The position numbers and the translations under genes are program-made. From Phycisphaerales bacterium (lineage in GTDB: Bacteria; Planctomycetota; Phycisphaerae; Phycisphaerales; UBA1924): DNA of 64,000 bases. Each line of letters begins with the position of its first letter. Positions within the stretch are counted from its first letter, which is position 1. Location: positions 416,001-480,000 of the forward strand of contig OZ245777.1 in assembly GCA_965227775.1 (NCBI GenBank). The letters are read 5' to 3'. Shown here piece after piece: positions 29,282 to 39,772 of the stretch. The notes beneath the pieces were generated by a model, which saw only the letters and a program-made list of their open reading frames with translations, was not told the origin of the DNA and made no database searches.

Positions 29282-30924
29282 GTCGTCGCACCCGGTGAGT
29301 GGCCAGCCCGGACTGACTCACGCAGCCGGGCGAGCGCATCGAACGCCGGTCGGGCCGCGCCGGACGAATCAACCAGGCCCGCGCCGCCTTTCGTGCGCGC
29401 GGAGTCTTGCGCGAGCCCCCAGCAGATCGAGTGCACATAGGGCTTCGCAGCCGCCACCGGCAGCACGCGATCGATCCAGTCCGCCTGGACGGCCGGGCTC
29501 CAGGGCCCATCCCACTCGCCGCTCTCGCCATTGGTATCGACGGGCGAGGACGGGCACGCAGCAAAGGTCACGGAGATCGGCCGATCCATCGCCGCATAGC
29601 TGTCGAGTACTTCAGAGAACGCCATCGCATCGCGCACGGCCGCGGCGGTCGTGGCATCGGTCAAGTCGAAACGCAGGCCGATGGCGTCGAGGTGCGTCCC
29701 GCTCTGAGCGAAGAGCTCGGCGAGTAGTAACGGAGGCACCGACCGCTTCGACCGAGCGGCATACTGCGCGAACGGGTCTGCGATCTCCACCTGCACGCGA
29801 GCCTGTGATTGAAGTTTGCGCGTCACCATCGCCGCCACGCGTAAGAGATCTGCGATCTGCTCGAATCTAAGGAACAACGCGCCCTCGACACCGAGCGAGC
29901 TCGCGAGCGTCCACCACTGCACGGTGCGCCGGTAGCGCGTTACGACCTGCCGCATGTGCTCGTACACGAGCTCGCGCAGCGTGTCGTAGTCGTTCTCCCA
30001 GATGAACAGCCACTCGGGGAGCCGACCGGGCGCCAAATCGAGCACCGGACCGGCGACGACCGGCAGCTTCCCCTTACGCACGGCCCACTCGATCCAGCGA
30101 TCGGTCGCGGCGTACTGGTACTTGCCCTCGGCCGGCTCGATGGCCGACCACGGCATGGGCACGGTGATGAAGTCCGCCGTCTTGGCGATTGCTGACTGGG
30201 CTGGCACCTCGAAGCTCAACGGATCGACGGCGCACCCCACGCGCGACACACCGGCAAGCGTCACGCCGTGGGCCTCGGGCGCCTTGACGACCGCGATGGG
30301 CTTGTTCGCGGGTCGTCCGATCGAACGCTCGGCGCGCTCGACGGCGTCGTTGAACCAAGAGCCGTCGGCTCGGGCTGTCAGCCCGCGGCGAGTTGCCTCG
30401 GCCACGAGGAGCTCGCTCGCCTCCAGCGCGTCTCGCAGCGCACGGCGCGACTTCTCGTCGGCGGCGGCGATGGCGGGGTCGTCGGCCGAGAGGTCATCGT
30501 TCTGCAGGCTGCGCCACGAGACGAGCGCGGCCGAGAAGTCCTCCCGCGCTCGCTCGAAAGTCTGCAGCGCCGCATGCTCCGCCGGCAGCATCGCCAGGTT
30601 CCACTCCTCAAGCGCGTTCAGGAAGCGCATCAACTGCTTGCGAGCTAACTCGAGCGGTAGCAGATAGGGACGCTCACGCTGGGGCAGCAGCGTGGTGGTC
30701 AGCAGCGTCTTGCGATCGGCTCCGGCCCCGCCCTCACCCAAGCCCAGCGGGAACAGAATCTCGAGCGACACCGTGCCCGGATTGCTCGGCGCCACGGTCA
30801 GCACACCGTGGTCGATGCGGATCTCGCCCGGGGCGGTTGCGCCGTCGGTCGCCACGATGCCCGCGTGGGCCAGCGGCCAGCCATCGGCCGGCTTCCCATC
30901 GCGATGCACGAAGAACTTCAGCAT
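29278..30924 (-). CDS. GH10-like TIM-barrel protein, catalytic residues apparently absent
   Basis: PWSAIEPAEGKYQY..TDRWIEW, LPEWL, VVTRYR..VQWW, LDAIGL, QADW; GTGA overlap with comEA. Confidence 0.7.
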   Translation of the reverse strand: MLKFFVHRDGKPADGWPLAHAGIVATDGATAPGEIRIDHGVLTVAPSNPGTVSLEILFPLGLGEGGAGADRKTLLTTTLLPQRERPYLLPLELARKQLMRFLNALEEWNLAMLPAEHAALQTFERAREDFSAALVSWRSLQNDDLSADDPAIAAADEKSRRALRDALEASELLVAEATRRGLTARADGSWFNDAVERAERSIGRPANKPIAVVKAPEAHGVTLAGVSRVGCAVDPLSFEVPAQSAIAKTADFITVPMPWSAIEPAEGKYQYAATDRWIEWAVRKGKLPVVAGPVLDLAPGRLPEWLFIWENDYDTLRELVYEHMRQVVTRYRRTVQWWTLASSLGVEGALFLRFEQIADLLRVAAMVTRKLQSQARVQVEIADPFAQYAARSKRSVPPLLLAELFAQSGTHLDAIGLRFDLTDATTAAAVRDAMAFSEVLDSYAAMDRPISVTFAACPSSPVDTNGESGEWDGPWSPAVQADWIDRVLPVAAAKPYVHSICWGLAQDSARTKGGAGLVDSSGAARPAFDALARLRESVRAGHSPGATT

Positions 30925-30999
30925 CCGCCAGCGTCTCTCCAAGGGGCCTGGGCCGTCCGTCCGGGCCTCGTCTTGGGCCGCGCCCACTACCATACGGCC

Positions 31000-31950
31000 A
31001 TGCCGACCGCCGAGCCGACCCAGGGGGCCACGATAGCCCAGACCCGCCTGAACCTCCCGCTGCTGCACCGCGGCAAGGTTCGCGAGGTGTACGCCCTGGC
31101 CGACGATCGTGTTGCCATTGTCGCGACCGACCGGCTGTCGGCCTTCGACGTCGTCTTGCCCACCGCCATCCCGGGCAAGGGCCGCGTGCTTACCGCGCTC
31201 TCGGCCTGGTGGTTCAGATGGCTGCACGAGCGCGGGCTTGGCCCGACGCACTTCCTGGGCGACGACGCCAGCCTTCCTGCGGCCGCGTTTGATCTCGATG
31301 GGGCGACCGATCCTGCGCACCTGCAAGGGCGCACCACCATCGCGCGGCGCGGCGAGATCATCAAGCTCGAGTGCGTCGTGCGCGGCTACCTCGAGGGATC
31401 GGGCTGGAAGGACTACAAGGAAACCGGCAGCGTCAGCGGCGTGCAACTGCCGACCGGACTGAAGCAGTGCGACCGTCTGCATGAGCCAATCTTCACGCCG
31501 AGCACCAAGGCCGAGCCGCCCGAGCACGACGAGCCAATCTCGGTTGAGAAGGCGTCGGCATTCCTCGGCGCCGACCTCGTGCACGACCTGCGAGATCGCT
31601 CGCTGGCAGTGTACAAGGCCGCCCAGGATCACGCCGCCGATCGGGGCATCTTGCTGGCGGACACCAAGTTCGAGTTCGCATTCCCGCTTGATACGGTGAA
31701 GGGCTCACGAGAGCCGATGCTGGCCGACGAGGTGCTCACGCCCGACAGCTCGCGCTTCTGGCCGGCAGAGGGCTACGAACCCGGGCACGCCCAGCCGAGC
31801 TTCGACAAGCAATTCGTTCGCGAATACCTCATGGAACTCGTCAAGAACGGTGCGTGGGACAGGAGCAACCCGGGGCCACAATTGCCGCCCGAGGTCGTCA
31901 AGCAAACCACCCAGCGGTACGAGACCGCGCTGCGATTGCTCACGGCCTGA
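31000..31950 (+). CDS. purC: SAICAR synthetase
   Basis: RGKVREVY, TDRLSAFD, IPGKG, ECVVRGYL.GS, FTPSTKA, ADTKFEF, DEVLTPDSSRFW, FDKQFVR. Confidence 0.97.
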   Translation: MPTAEPTQGATIAQTRLNLPLLHRGKVREVYALADDRVAIVATDRLSAFDVVLPTAIPGKGRVLTALSAWWFRWLHERGLGPTHFLGDDASLPAAAFDLDGATDPAHLQGRTTIARRGEIIKLECVVRGYLEGSGWKDYKETGSVSGVQLPTGLKQCDRLHEPIFTPSTKAEPPEHDEPISVEKASAFLGADLVHDLRDRSLAVYKAAQDHAADRGILLADTKFEFAFPLDTVKGSREPMLADEVLTPDSSRFWPAEGYEPGHAQPSFDKQFVREYLMELVKNGAWDRSNPGPQLPPEVVKQTTQRYETALRLLTA

Positions 31951-31965
31951 CCTGCAAAAGCCGGC

Positions 31966-33927
31966 CTACTTCACCTCTCGCTGGATCTGCTCGGTGCGAC
32001 CACCGAATTCGCGGTCGAGCATCGCGCGGAACGCCGGCATGCCCTCGGGCTCGGGGAACACGGAATCGAAGCTGCGACCCTCGACGACGGGGTTGCCCTC
32101 CTCGTCGTCGAAAACAGGCTTAAATCGCGAGACGAGCTCGTCGTACGCCCACTTCTGGAGATCGGGCGGCGCGTTGCTGTACGCGGCCTGCGCGAAGTCA
32201 ACGTTCAGCTGCGGCAAGAGCGAGCCAAACACCTGGCCGGCGACGAAGTCGAATCGACGATCGAGGAACTCCATGCGCACCGTGCCCAGGCCCGACTCGC
32301 GGATCTGCTGCTCGCGATACAAGGCGTGGTAGGTCTTCGCGTAGTCCAGCGAACTCTCAAACACCTCATCGTCGCCCCCGACCAATCCAGTCAGGTACGC
32401 GTCGTAGAGCGCGCCGATGACCTCCTGCAGCGCCACCGAAGGCGATCCCAGGCGGTCGGTCAGCTCGGCTCGCACGAAGCGATCGATGTCCTGGGAAAGC
32501 CACTGGTAGCGGCGATTATCATTCTGATTCGCGAATTCGATGGTCGCGAGCTCGTTCTTCATCTGCGTCGCAAGCTCGCGATTGCCGCGCCGGTACACGT
32601 ACCGGATGGCGTCCTTCATCATGTTCTCGTAGCCCGCGACGTACGAGCTGTACGCGCGATCGTTGTCGTAGTAGCTCCGCTCCACCACGTCGGCGAGGAT
32701 CTCGCCGTACACCGGCACGAATGCGGGGTCGGGGATGCCGAGGTAGAACGGCCGGCGATCGCCCGTGCCCAGCCGCATACCGCCGTAGTCGAAGAAGATC
32801 TGGCCGGTGCGCCAGAGCTCCTGGATGGACTGCACGACCAGGCGATCGGTGTTAATGAAGTCGTAGTCCCTGATGTTGGTCGCCTCGATGCGGGTCATGC
32901 CGCCCTCGACGCCCTTCTGCCCCCAGTAGAGCGAGTGGGCCGCGGGGTGCCGCCAGTCGAGCGGGCCATAGGCGCTGGTGTACCGCAGCATCCGCCGCGG
33001 CTCCATGTTGAAGTCGTCCTGCAGCACCTGCTTGCGGGTGTAGGCGAGCAGCGCATCCCACGCCTGCTCAAACTCCGGATCGTGCACGAGGTCGGTGATG
33101 TCCAGGAAGCGCTGGTCGGCCGAGGCTCTCAACTCGGGCCACACCGCCGACGCGCGGCCCATGCGCACCCGCGTCACGATCTTGAGCATGCGCTGGCTGG
33201 TGGGCTCGAGGTCGAGCGCCGCCAATCGATCGATCAACTCATCGACCTTGGGCTCGGCCTCGATGACCTGGGCGATCGTGTCGGGCGCATCGGCGATCGG
33301 CCGCAGCCAGTCCTCGAACTGGGCGATGCGCGTCTCGCGGGTGTAGTCACCGCCCACGCCCGAAGGCGGCGGGCCCAGCAGCTCGTGCCATTCGGCGGCG
33401 AGCTGCAGCTTGTAGTACCAGTGGGCATCGTCGGCGTAGGCCTGCACCTTGTGCAGGAACAGCCACGCCAGCTCCTTGTGCACCACCATGTCGGTCGGAT
33501 TGTGACGGACGCCCTCCTGGCGCAAGAGGTCGATGCCCTGGCTGACCCAGTTCCACCGCTCCGCCTCGGTGTTGGTGGTCACCGAGATGTTGTACGCCAT
33601 GTTCCACGCGTGGAACGCCCACACCTGCGGGAAGCGCGGCTGCAAGCGCGTGATCGCGCGGGCGAGGTCGACGGCTTCGTAGTACTTGCCCTCTTCCTTC
33701 AGCTCGTTCGCGCGAATCCACAGGATGTTTACGAACAGCCCGCGGAAGGCGCCCATCGCGATGCCCAAGGCCACCTGCGGCGGGTCGCCCTCTTCGGCTC
33801 GCTCGGTGTAGGTCAGCTTGTGCCGGCCGGCGGACGCGGTCAGGTCGGCCGAGACGAACCCCGACAGGCCTAGCAACGCGAAGCACGCGACCACGGCGAT
33901 CAACTGCGTCATCCGGCCCTGTGGCAT
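31966..33927 (-). CDS. Membrane-anchored helical-repeat protein (PilG/XapA-like by motif)
   Basis: N-terminal TM; GAFRGLFVNILWIRA...ITRLQPRF..VW...AWNMAYNIS...GIDLL..G...NP. Confidence 0.75.
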   Translation of the reverse strand: MPQGRMTQLIAVVACFALLGLSGFVSADLTASAGRHKLTYTERAEEGDPPQVALGIAMGAFRGLFVNILWIRANELKEEGKYYEAVDLARAITRLQPRFPQVWAFHAWNMAYNISVTTNTEAERWNWVSQGIDLLRQEGVRHNPTDMVVHKELAWLFLHKVQAYADDAHWYYKLQLAAEWHELLGPPPSGVGGDYTRETRIAQFEDWLRPIADAPDTIAQVIEAEPKVDELIDRLAALDLEPTSQRMLKIVTRVRMGRASAVWPELRASADQRFLDITDLVHDPEFEQAWDALLAYTRKQVLQDDFNMEPRRMLRYTSAYGPLDWRHPAAHSLYWGQKGVEGGMTRIEATNIRDYDFINTDRLVVQSIQELWRTGQIFFDYGGMRLGTGDRRPFYLGIPDPAFVPVYGEILADVVERSYYDNDRAYSSYVAGYENMMKDAIRYVYRRGNRELATQMKNELATIEFANQNDNRRYQWLSQDIDRFVRAELTDRLGSPSVALQEVIGALYDAYLTGLVGGDDEVFESSLDYAKTYHALYREQQIRESGLGTVRMEFLDRRFDFVAGQVFGSLLPQLNVDFAQAAYSNAPPDLQKWAYDELVSRFKPVFDDEEGNPVVEGRSFDSVFPEPEGMPAFRAMLDREFGGRTEQIQREVK

Positions 33928-34006
33928 GGCGGTTCGCCTCCGCTGTGTTCCGGGTGCCACCACGGCGCCCCGATCTGTCATACGCCGGTGCGAGGCCGCC
34001 GGGTCG

Positions 34007-35980
34007 CTACTGGCCCGAGTAGATCGCAAGCTCCCGCGATCGGAAAACGAACCACCCGATCCCGAACAGCAGGACGCACCAGATGCCCAGCACGATCATG
34101 CCCAGCGCCAGGCTGGCCCACGACACGTACTCGCCTTGAACAAGTTTCTCGGTCGGATTCAGCTCGGCGTACACCCCGAAGACCCATATAACGCCGGTCG
34201 AGACGAATTCGACCACCGCCAGGATGGCCGGGCCAATGCCCTCCCCGAAAAACGGGTTGTACACCTCCATCGACTCTTCGAGGAAGAGCGCACTCTCGGC
34301 CGCGAAAAACGCGCCGAACGCGACGAGGCAGGCGACCGGGAAGCTCAGCGCCGTCGAAGCGGCGATCGCCAGCAGCGACAGGAACGCCAGCTTGATCCAC
34401 AGCACCACCACCACCCGCAGGAAATTCATGCGGTACCCGCCCACGCTATAGCTCAGCTCGAGCCCGCCCGGCGGGAACGTGATGGTTCTGGGATTGCCCA
34501 TGATGCCAACCTGGCCCTGGCTGTTCTGCACCAGCGAGCCGTTGACGATCGTCATCTCGAGCTCGCCGTCCTCGTTGATCGCCAGCGGTGGGATGTCATC
34601 GATGATCAGCGTCTGCGCGAGGCGGACCTCGCGCTCGAACTGGTAACCGCCAAAGTCGAACATGATGCGGTACGACTCGTCAGGCAGGTTCGCACCGGAC
34701 TCAACACGGTAACGCAGCAACAGTGGCGCGTCCTGCAGGGCGGCCTTCTCGAGCCCGCCAAACAGATACGTCTTGGCCTGCCCAGGGTCGAGCGATCGCA
34801 GGCGGGCGATGTAGTTCTTGTACAAGTCGTCGCGAACCTGCGCGCGCGTCTGCGGCTGTTCCTCGGCCAGGTCCTGGAAGGAATCGAGCGCCTCGCGCTG
34901 ATCGATGAACTGGTCGACGACCTCGGCGAATTCTTCGCTGTCCTTTGCCAGAGGTATGTCGATATCGCGCGCCACGCGGGCCTGGAGCACCTGGTTGTGC
35001 AGGATGCGCCGGTCCTCGCTCAGGGCCGCGCCGCCGAGCTCGACGCCGCGGGCCACGTACGCCTGGCGTTCGCCGTCAGCCGGCTGCTGGCGGAGATACT
35101 CGGCAAACAAGAAGATGCCGGCTCCGCACACCAGCAACAACGCCGCGTTCAGCGAGATCACGCCCAGCCACTTGCCAAGCAGGTACTTCCAGACCGAGAC
35201 CGGCTTGGTCATGGTCTGCCAGATGATCTTGTCGCGCTGCTCGAAGGTCATCGTGGCCGCCGAGAGCAGCAGCGTCAGGATCGCCAGCATCCAGAACACG
35301 CCGGCCGTTCCATACTGCAGGAAAGCTTGCATGCGGTAACGCAGCGGCGTGCCCTCGTTCAGCAGCATCGGCACCGCTGCGAGCCCAAGAATCAGCAGCA
35401 CGATGAAGACCAGCGAGACCTTCATCCGCACGGCTTCGGCAAGCACATTGCGTGCCACGGCGAACACCGGGCCCGACGAGATCGACAGCAGCAGCCGCAA
35501 GACTTCGAGGACCGCGACAAACCAGAACGCCAGCGTCGCCGCGCCGGCGATGATTCGCGCTAGGGCCTCCACGTTCGGTCCGGCCCTGCCGTAGTACACC
35601 GCCAGCATCATCGGCCCAGACATCAGCAGCACAACGAGGTTGAGCAGCACATACGTGAGCCCGAGACCCAGCCAGATGATGATGAGCGAGGCGCCGACCA
35701 CGACCGTGATACCAAGCGTGACCGCGAGCGGGCTCCGATCCTGGTTCAAGACGTTCTGGATGATGCGCTGCTGGCGCTCCGCCTGGGCGCGCATGATCGG
35801 GTCTTCGATGACCGAGGTATCGAAGAACTCGATCTGGTCGGAAGCGCGCTCCTGCGAGCTTGATTGGGCGATGTAGACGATGCCCGCCGTGATCGCCAGC
35901 GCGAGCACGATCAGCGACGCGACGATCTTGAACACGTGCGACTTCTGCAGGCGGTCGATGCGTGCCCACAGCTTGCTCAT
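34007..35980 (-). CDS. ABC-2-type permease with extra N-terminal TM region and large soluble loop
   Basis: AVARNVLAEAVR...EQRDKIIWQTMTKPVS..YLLGKWLG; ends FRSRELA; ATGA overlap with the ATPase. Confidence 0.85.
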   Translation of the reverse strand: MSKLWARIDRLQKSHVFKIVASLIVLALAITAGIVYIAQSSSQERASDQIEFFDTSVIEDPIMRAQAERQQRIIQNVLNQDRSPLAVTLGITVVVGASLIIIWLGLGLTYVLLNLVVLLMSGPMMLAVYYGRAGPNVEALARIIAGAATLAFWFVAVLEVLRLLLSISSGPVFAVARNVLAEAVRMKVSLVFIVLLILGLAAVPMLLNEGTPLRYRMQAFLQYGTAGVFWMLAILTLLLSAATMTFEQRDKIIWQTMTKPVSVWKYLLGKWLGVISLNAALLLVCGAGIFLFAEYLRQQPADGERQAYVARGVELGGAALSEDRRILHNQVLQARVARDIDIPLAKDSEEFAEVVDQFIDQREALDSFQDLAEEQPQTRAQVRDDLYKNYIARLRSLDPGQAKTYLFGGLEKAALQDAPLLLRYRVESGANLPDESYRIMFDFGGYQFEREVRLAQTLIIDDIPPLAINEDGELEMTIVNGSLVQNSQGQVGIMGNPRTITFPPGGLELSYSVGGYRMNFLRVVVVLWIKLAFLSLLAIAASTALSFPVACLVAFGAFFAAESALFLEESMEVYNPFFGEGIGPAILAVVEFVSTGVIWVFGVYAELNPTEKLVQGEYVSWASLALGMIVLGIWCVLLFGIGWFVFRSRELAIYSGQ

Positions 35981-37212
35981 CGGGGCGAGTCCTTCTTCTT
36001 CGCGTCGCCGTCGTCGTCCTCATCCATCAGCGAGCCGATCACCCCGAGATCGACCTCGGGCTTCTCGTCGGCCTGCTCCTCGGCGGGCTCTTCCTCGATC
36101 AGCTCTTCGACAACGACCTCGTCGACTTCTTCCGGCTCGGGCTCGGGCTCCGGGGCGACGTTGGCCTCCGGCTCTTCGGGCGGCTCCTCGCGCACCAGAT
36201 CGCTAATCAGCGCCTCGCCCTCGTCGCGCGATTCGCCTTCGGCGCGCAGGAACTCGGCTGTCAAGCCGCCGCTCTCGGCGCCGGCAGTCTCGAGCCGCTC
36301 GGCCTGCGCATCCTCCACGATCTTGAGGAACAGCTCCTCGAGCCGCTGCCGCGGGTGCGACACGCGCTGCACGGCCTTGGCGCCGCCCGTTCGGCGGCGG
36401 ATGACCTCGTCGATCTCGGCCAGCGTTTGCTCGTCGAGTGTGTCAGCCTCGATGGTCGTGCGTTCGGTAGAGAGCAGCAGCTGCTCGCGCGTGCCCTCCT
36501 TGCGAATGCGCCCGCCGTAGAGCACCACCATGCGATCGACCACATCCTCGACGTCGGCCAGCAGGTGACTCGAAAGCAGCACGGTCTTGCCGCGCCTTCC
36601 AAGCTCGACGATCAGGTCCTTCACCTGCCGCGTGCCAATAGGGTCAAGTCCGGTGGTGGGCTCGTCGAGAATGAGCAGGTCCGGATCGTTGATGAGCGCC
36701 TGGGCCAGGCCGATGCGGCGCTGCATGCCCTTTGAGTACTCGCGCACCTGGCGATACTGAGCAGCCTTCAGGCCGACCATGTCGAGCAACTCGTCGATGC
36801 GCTTCTGCCGCGTGCCGTGATCAAGGCCGAACAGCCGGCCGTAGTAGTCGAGCGTCTCGCGCGCGTTCAGAAACGGGTACAGGTAGCTTTCTTCGGGCAG
36901 GTACCCGATGCGCTTCTTGATCTGCACATCCGTGGGCGACTTGCCGAAGACGGCGACGCGGCCCTTCGTCGGCTTGAGCAGCCCGAGCAAGATCTTGATG
37001 GTCGTACTCTTGCCCGAGCCGTTCGGACCCAGCAAGCCGAAGATTTCGTGCGGGCGGATGTCGAACGTCACGTCGGTCACCGCACGTGCCCTGGGACGCA
37101 TCCAGAAGTCCCGGAACGTCTTGGTGAGCCCCTGCACGGCGACAACCGGCCGGGCCGACGGGTTCGTGGCCTCGGGCGGGGGCGCCGTCTTCGGGGTTGC
37201 CATCTGGGTCAT
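35977..37212 (-). CDS. ABC transporter ATP-binding protein (PilH-like) with acidic C-terminal extension
   Basis: GPNGSGKST, GYLPEESYLY, YSKGMQRRIGLAQALINDP, DEPTTGLDP, SSH. Confidence 0.93.
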   Translation of the reverse strand: MTQMATPKTAPPPEATNPSARPVVAVQGLTKTFRDFWMRPRARAVTDVTFDIRPHEIFGLLGPNGSGKSTTIKILLGLLKPTKGRVAVFGKSPTDVQIKKRIGYLPEESYLYPFLNARETLDYYGRLFGLDHGTRQKRIDELLDMVGLKAAQYRQVREYSKGMQRRIGLAQALINDPDLLILDEPTTGLDPIGTRQVKDLIVELGRRGKTVLLSSHLLADVEDVVDRMVVLYGGRIRKEGTREQLLLSTERTTIEADTLDEQTLAEIDEVIRRRTGGAKAVQRVSHPRQRLEELFLKIVEDAQAERLETAGAESGGLTAEFLRAEGESRDEGEALISDLVREEPPEEPEANVAPEPEPEPEEVDEVVVEELIEEEPAEEQADEKPEVDLGVIGSLMDEDDDGDAKKKDSPR

Positions 37213-37248
37213 GCGGTGCGTGCTCCCTGTCGCATTCCTACGCGGCGA

Positions 37249-38712
37249 TCAGCCGGCGAACTCGCGCATCTCTGTATCCGTGCGGAACTCCCGGTCGCGA
37301 TCCTCGCGCTGGCGGCGCTCCTGTGCCTCGCGGTTCAGGCGCTCTTGCGCGATCTCGTTGATGAGCCGGCGGATCTCCGGATCCGGATTCACCAAGAGGT
37401 TGATGTCACCCAGCGGCAGCTTGATGACCTCCACCGTGTCGCGATCGAGCACCGACGCCATCATGCGAGCCCAATCGCTCTGCAACACCAGGTTGGGATT
37501 TTGGCGGAACTGAGGCAGCTTCGCGTTGTAGAGCTCAAGCATCAGCTTGGCCGAGAGCTCCGTCTCCACGCGCTGCTGCTGGGCCCGATTCAAGATCTGC
37601 GAGACCTCGCCGCTCACGGCGAACGACTGGATCTCGCCATCGATCTCGACCGGCTCGCCTGCCATCAGGCGATGGATCTTGGAGAGGATGACGTCTTGCT
37701 CGTCCTGCTGCTCGAGCTCGACGGCCTGCTCATACTCGTTGATGAGCTGGAGGATCGGCTGGGCCGCAGCGCCTGCCACACGACTGAGCTCGTTGGACGC
37801 AAAGCTGTCGGCCTGCACACGCTGGGTCTGGCTCTGGCTCTCGGCCGTCTGCACCTCTGTAAATGCCTGCCACACGCTCAGCGGCGGCGTACGCGTCCGC
37901 ATCGTGAGCTGCTCAACCACGATGCCCGCGTCGATTGCCTCGAGCGTTTCCTGCGCGATGCGCTGGGCCCGGCTGGCCACGCCGCCCGCGGCGCCGGTCT
38001 CACGCAGAAGGTCATCAATCGCCGTCGTTGACACCGCTCGGATCACGCCGCGCTGCACCGCCGTCCGAACGATCTGCTGCTCGTCTTCGGGCGTGACGTT
38101 CCGGGCGAACTCCCGCGGATCTTCGCGGCGGTACACCACCGTCCACTGCGTGTGCACCAGGTTCTGGTCGCTGGTAATCAGCGCGCCGTCGCGCTCGGGA
38201 TCGAGCGAACGCCTCGGCGACTGGGCAAGCTCTTCGAGCGAACGGCCGCGGTCGCGCTCGTCGACACGGAACCAGAACTCTTCTTCGAGCTGCACCGTGC
38301 GCTGGCCGGTCTGGATGCGGATGAGCTGGCCGAGCGGGTATGGGAAGTTCCAGGTGATGCCGGGTGGCACGGTCTCGGCGGCGGGGCGACCAAAGCGCAC
38401 CTTGATGCCCGACTCGCCAGCGTTGACCGAATTGATGCCGCTGAGCACGTAGATAACAACGAGGCCGACGATCGCCAGTTGCAGCAGCCGGTACATCGTG
38501 CGGAAGGCCGCCGCCAGCGACTCGTTGGCCGCGTGCATGTCGTTGATGGCCTGCTCGCCCGTGCCGCCATCACTGCGCAGGCGTACCGACGCCTCACGCG
38601 TCGGCGTACCGGCGGCCTGCTCCTCGCGCAGCTCGGGCAGCATCGACTCCAGCAACTGGTCGCCCTTGCGATTGCCCTCGCCGTTGCCGACCCGATCGCC
38701 TGGCTCACTCAT
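37249..38712 (-). CDS. SPFH domain protein (HflK-like)
   Basis: TM, SGINSV..GESGIKVRFG, PGITWNFPYP, LITSDQNLVH, PPLSVWQAFTEVQTA. Confidence 0.85.
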   Translation of the reverse strand: MSEPGDRVGNGEGNRKGDQLLESMLPELREEQAAGTPTREASVRLRSDGGTGEQAINDMHAANESLAAAFRTMYRLLQLAIVGLVVIYVLSGINSVNAGESGIKVRFGRPAAETVPPGITWNFPYPLGQLIRIQTGQRTVQLEEEFWFRVDERDRGRSLEELAQSPRRSLDPERDGALITSDQNLVHTQWTVVYRREDPREFARNVTPEDEQQIVRTAVQRGVIRAVSTTAIDDLLRETGAAGGVASRAQRIAQETLEAIDAGIVVEQLTMRTRTPPLSVWQAFTEVQTAESQSQTQRVQADSFASNELSRVAGAAAQPILQLINEYEQAVELEQQDEQDVILSKIHRLMAGEPVEIDGEIQSFAVSGEVSQILNRAQQQRVETELSAKLMLELYNAKLPQFRQNPNLVLQSDWARMMASVLDRDTVEVIKLPLGDINLLVNPDPEIRRLINEIAQERLNREAQERRQREDRDREFRTDTEMREFAG

Positions 38713-39706
38713 CGCCGCGGCCCTCCGTCTCCGTGGGCTCGCCAGTAAAGAAGCCAACGCCCGGGATGCTGCCCGCGTCGCTCGATTCCTGCAGCGAGGG
38801 CTCGAGCAGGTTCAGGCCCGGCGTATCGGTCGAGAAGATCAGCGTGGCGCGGCCGAACATCGTCTCTTCAAGCAACTCGACGTTCTTCAAGAAGATCGCC
38901 AGGCCGGGAGCCTCGCTCATCTGCGCGAGATACCGGGCGGCCTCGATATCGCCGCGAGCCCGGATCTGCTGGGCCCGGCTCTTGGCAAACTCAAGGATCT
39001 TCGCCGCGTCACTCTCGGCCTTCGAGCGGATGGCATCCGCCTCGCTCTGGCCGGCCTGCTGCAGCCCGGTCACGATGCGGGCCCGGTCCTGGCGCATGCG
39101 CTCGAGCGCCGCCTCGGTCGTCGTCTGCGGCAGGCTCGTCCGAGCGATGCCCGCCTGCACGACCTCGATGCCGAACGAACGCTCGCCCTGGCCCTCGAGG
39201 TTGGACTTCATCTGCGCCAGCACGCGCTCCTCGAGCTCTTCCAGCCGCGAGGCCTGCTCGTTGGGCGTGAATAGCTCGGCCATCGAGTACGCGCTCAGCT
39301 CCGACATCGAGCTGCGCAGCGTGTCCTCGACCAGCGTCGCCGCGGCGCGGTAGTGGTCGGCGGCTCGCGGTCCGGAGTTGCTGAAGCGGCTGTAGAACGT
39401 CGAGACCTCTTCGGGCTTCACGCGCCAGATGGCGAACGCGCCCACGATGAGCTGGCGGTCGTCGCGCGTCTGGTACGTCTCGATGCGCGCCTGCGACAAC
39501 CGGTTGGTCGTCTCGTACTTGGTTACACCCTGGATCGGGTAGAACCATTTCCACTGCAGCCCCGGCTCGGTCACTTCTTTCGACACCTCGCCGAAGTTGG
39601 TGACAACGGCCGCCTCCGTGAAGCGGACGGTGTAGGTAATCGCATAGAGCAGCAGGACAATCACGAAGAGGATCGCCACGCCAAATGTCAAGATGAACTT
39701 ACGCAT
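38705..39706 (-). CDS. SPFH domain protein (HflC-like)
   Basis: TM, YTVRFTEAAVVTNFG, EPGLQWKW, QTRDDR, FGIEVV, ERMRQDR...GQSEADAIRS.AE. Confidence 0.88.
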   Translation of the reverse strand: MRKFILTFGVAILFVIVLLLYAITYTVRFTEAAVVTNFGEVSKEVTEPGLQWKWFYPIQGVTKYETTNRLSQARIETYQTRDDRQLIVGAFAIWRVKPEEVSTFYSRFSNSGPRAADHYRAAATLVEDTLRSSMSELSAYSMAELFTPNEQASRLEELEERVLAQMKSNLEGQGERSFGIEVVQAGIARTSLPQTTTEAALERMRQDRARIVTGLQQAGQSEADAIRSKAESDAAKILEFAKSRAQQIRARGDIEAARYLAQMSEAPGLAIFLKNVELLEETMFGRATLIFSTDTPGLNLLEPSLQESSDAGSIPGVGFFTGEPTETEGRGDE

Positions 39707-39772
39707 GCCAGAACAAGCTCCCGCTGCGATGGACGCCCGTGAGCGCCCTGCCCGAACACCATCACGAACGAA

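Noticed and set aside
30925..31632. N-terminal extension of the 784-aa ORF 29278-31632
   Set aside because: It overlaps purC on the opposite strand; the gene more plausibly starts at ATG 30924.
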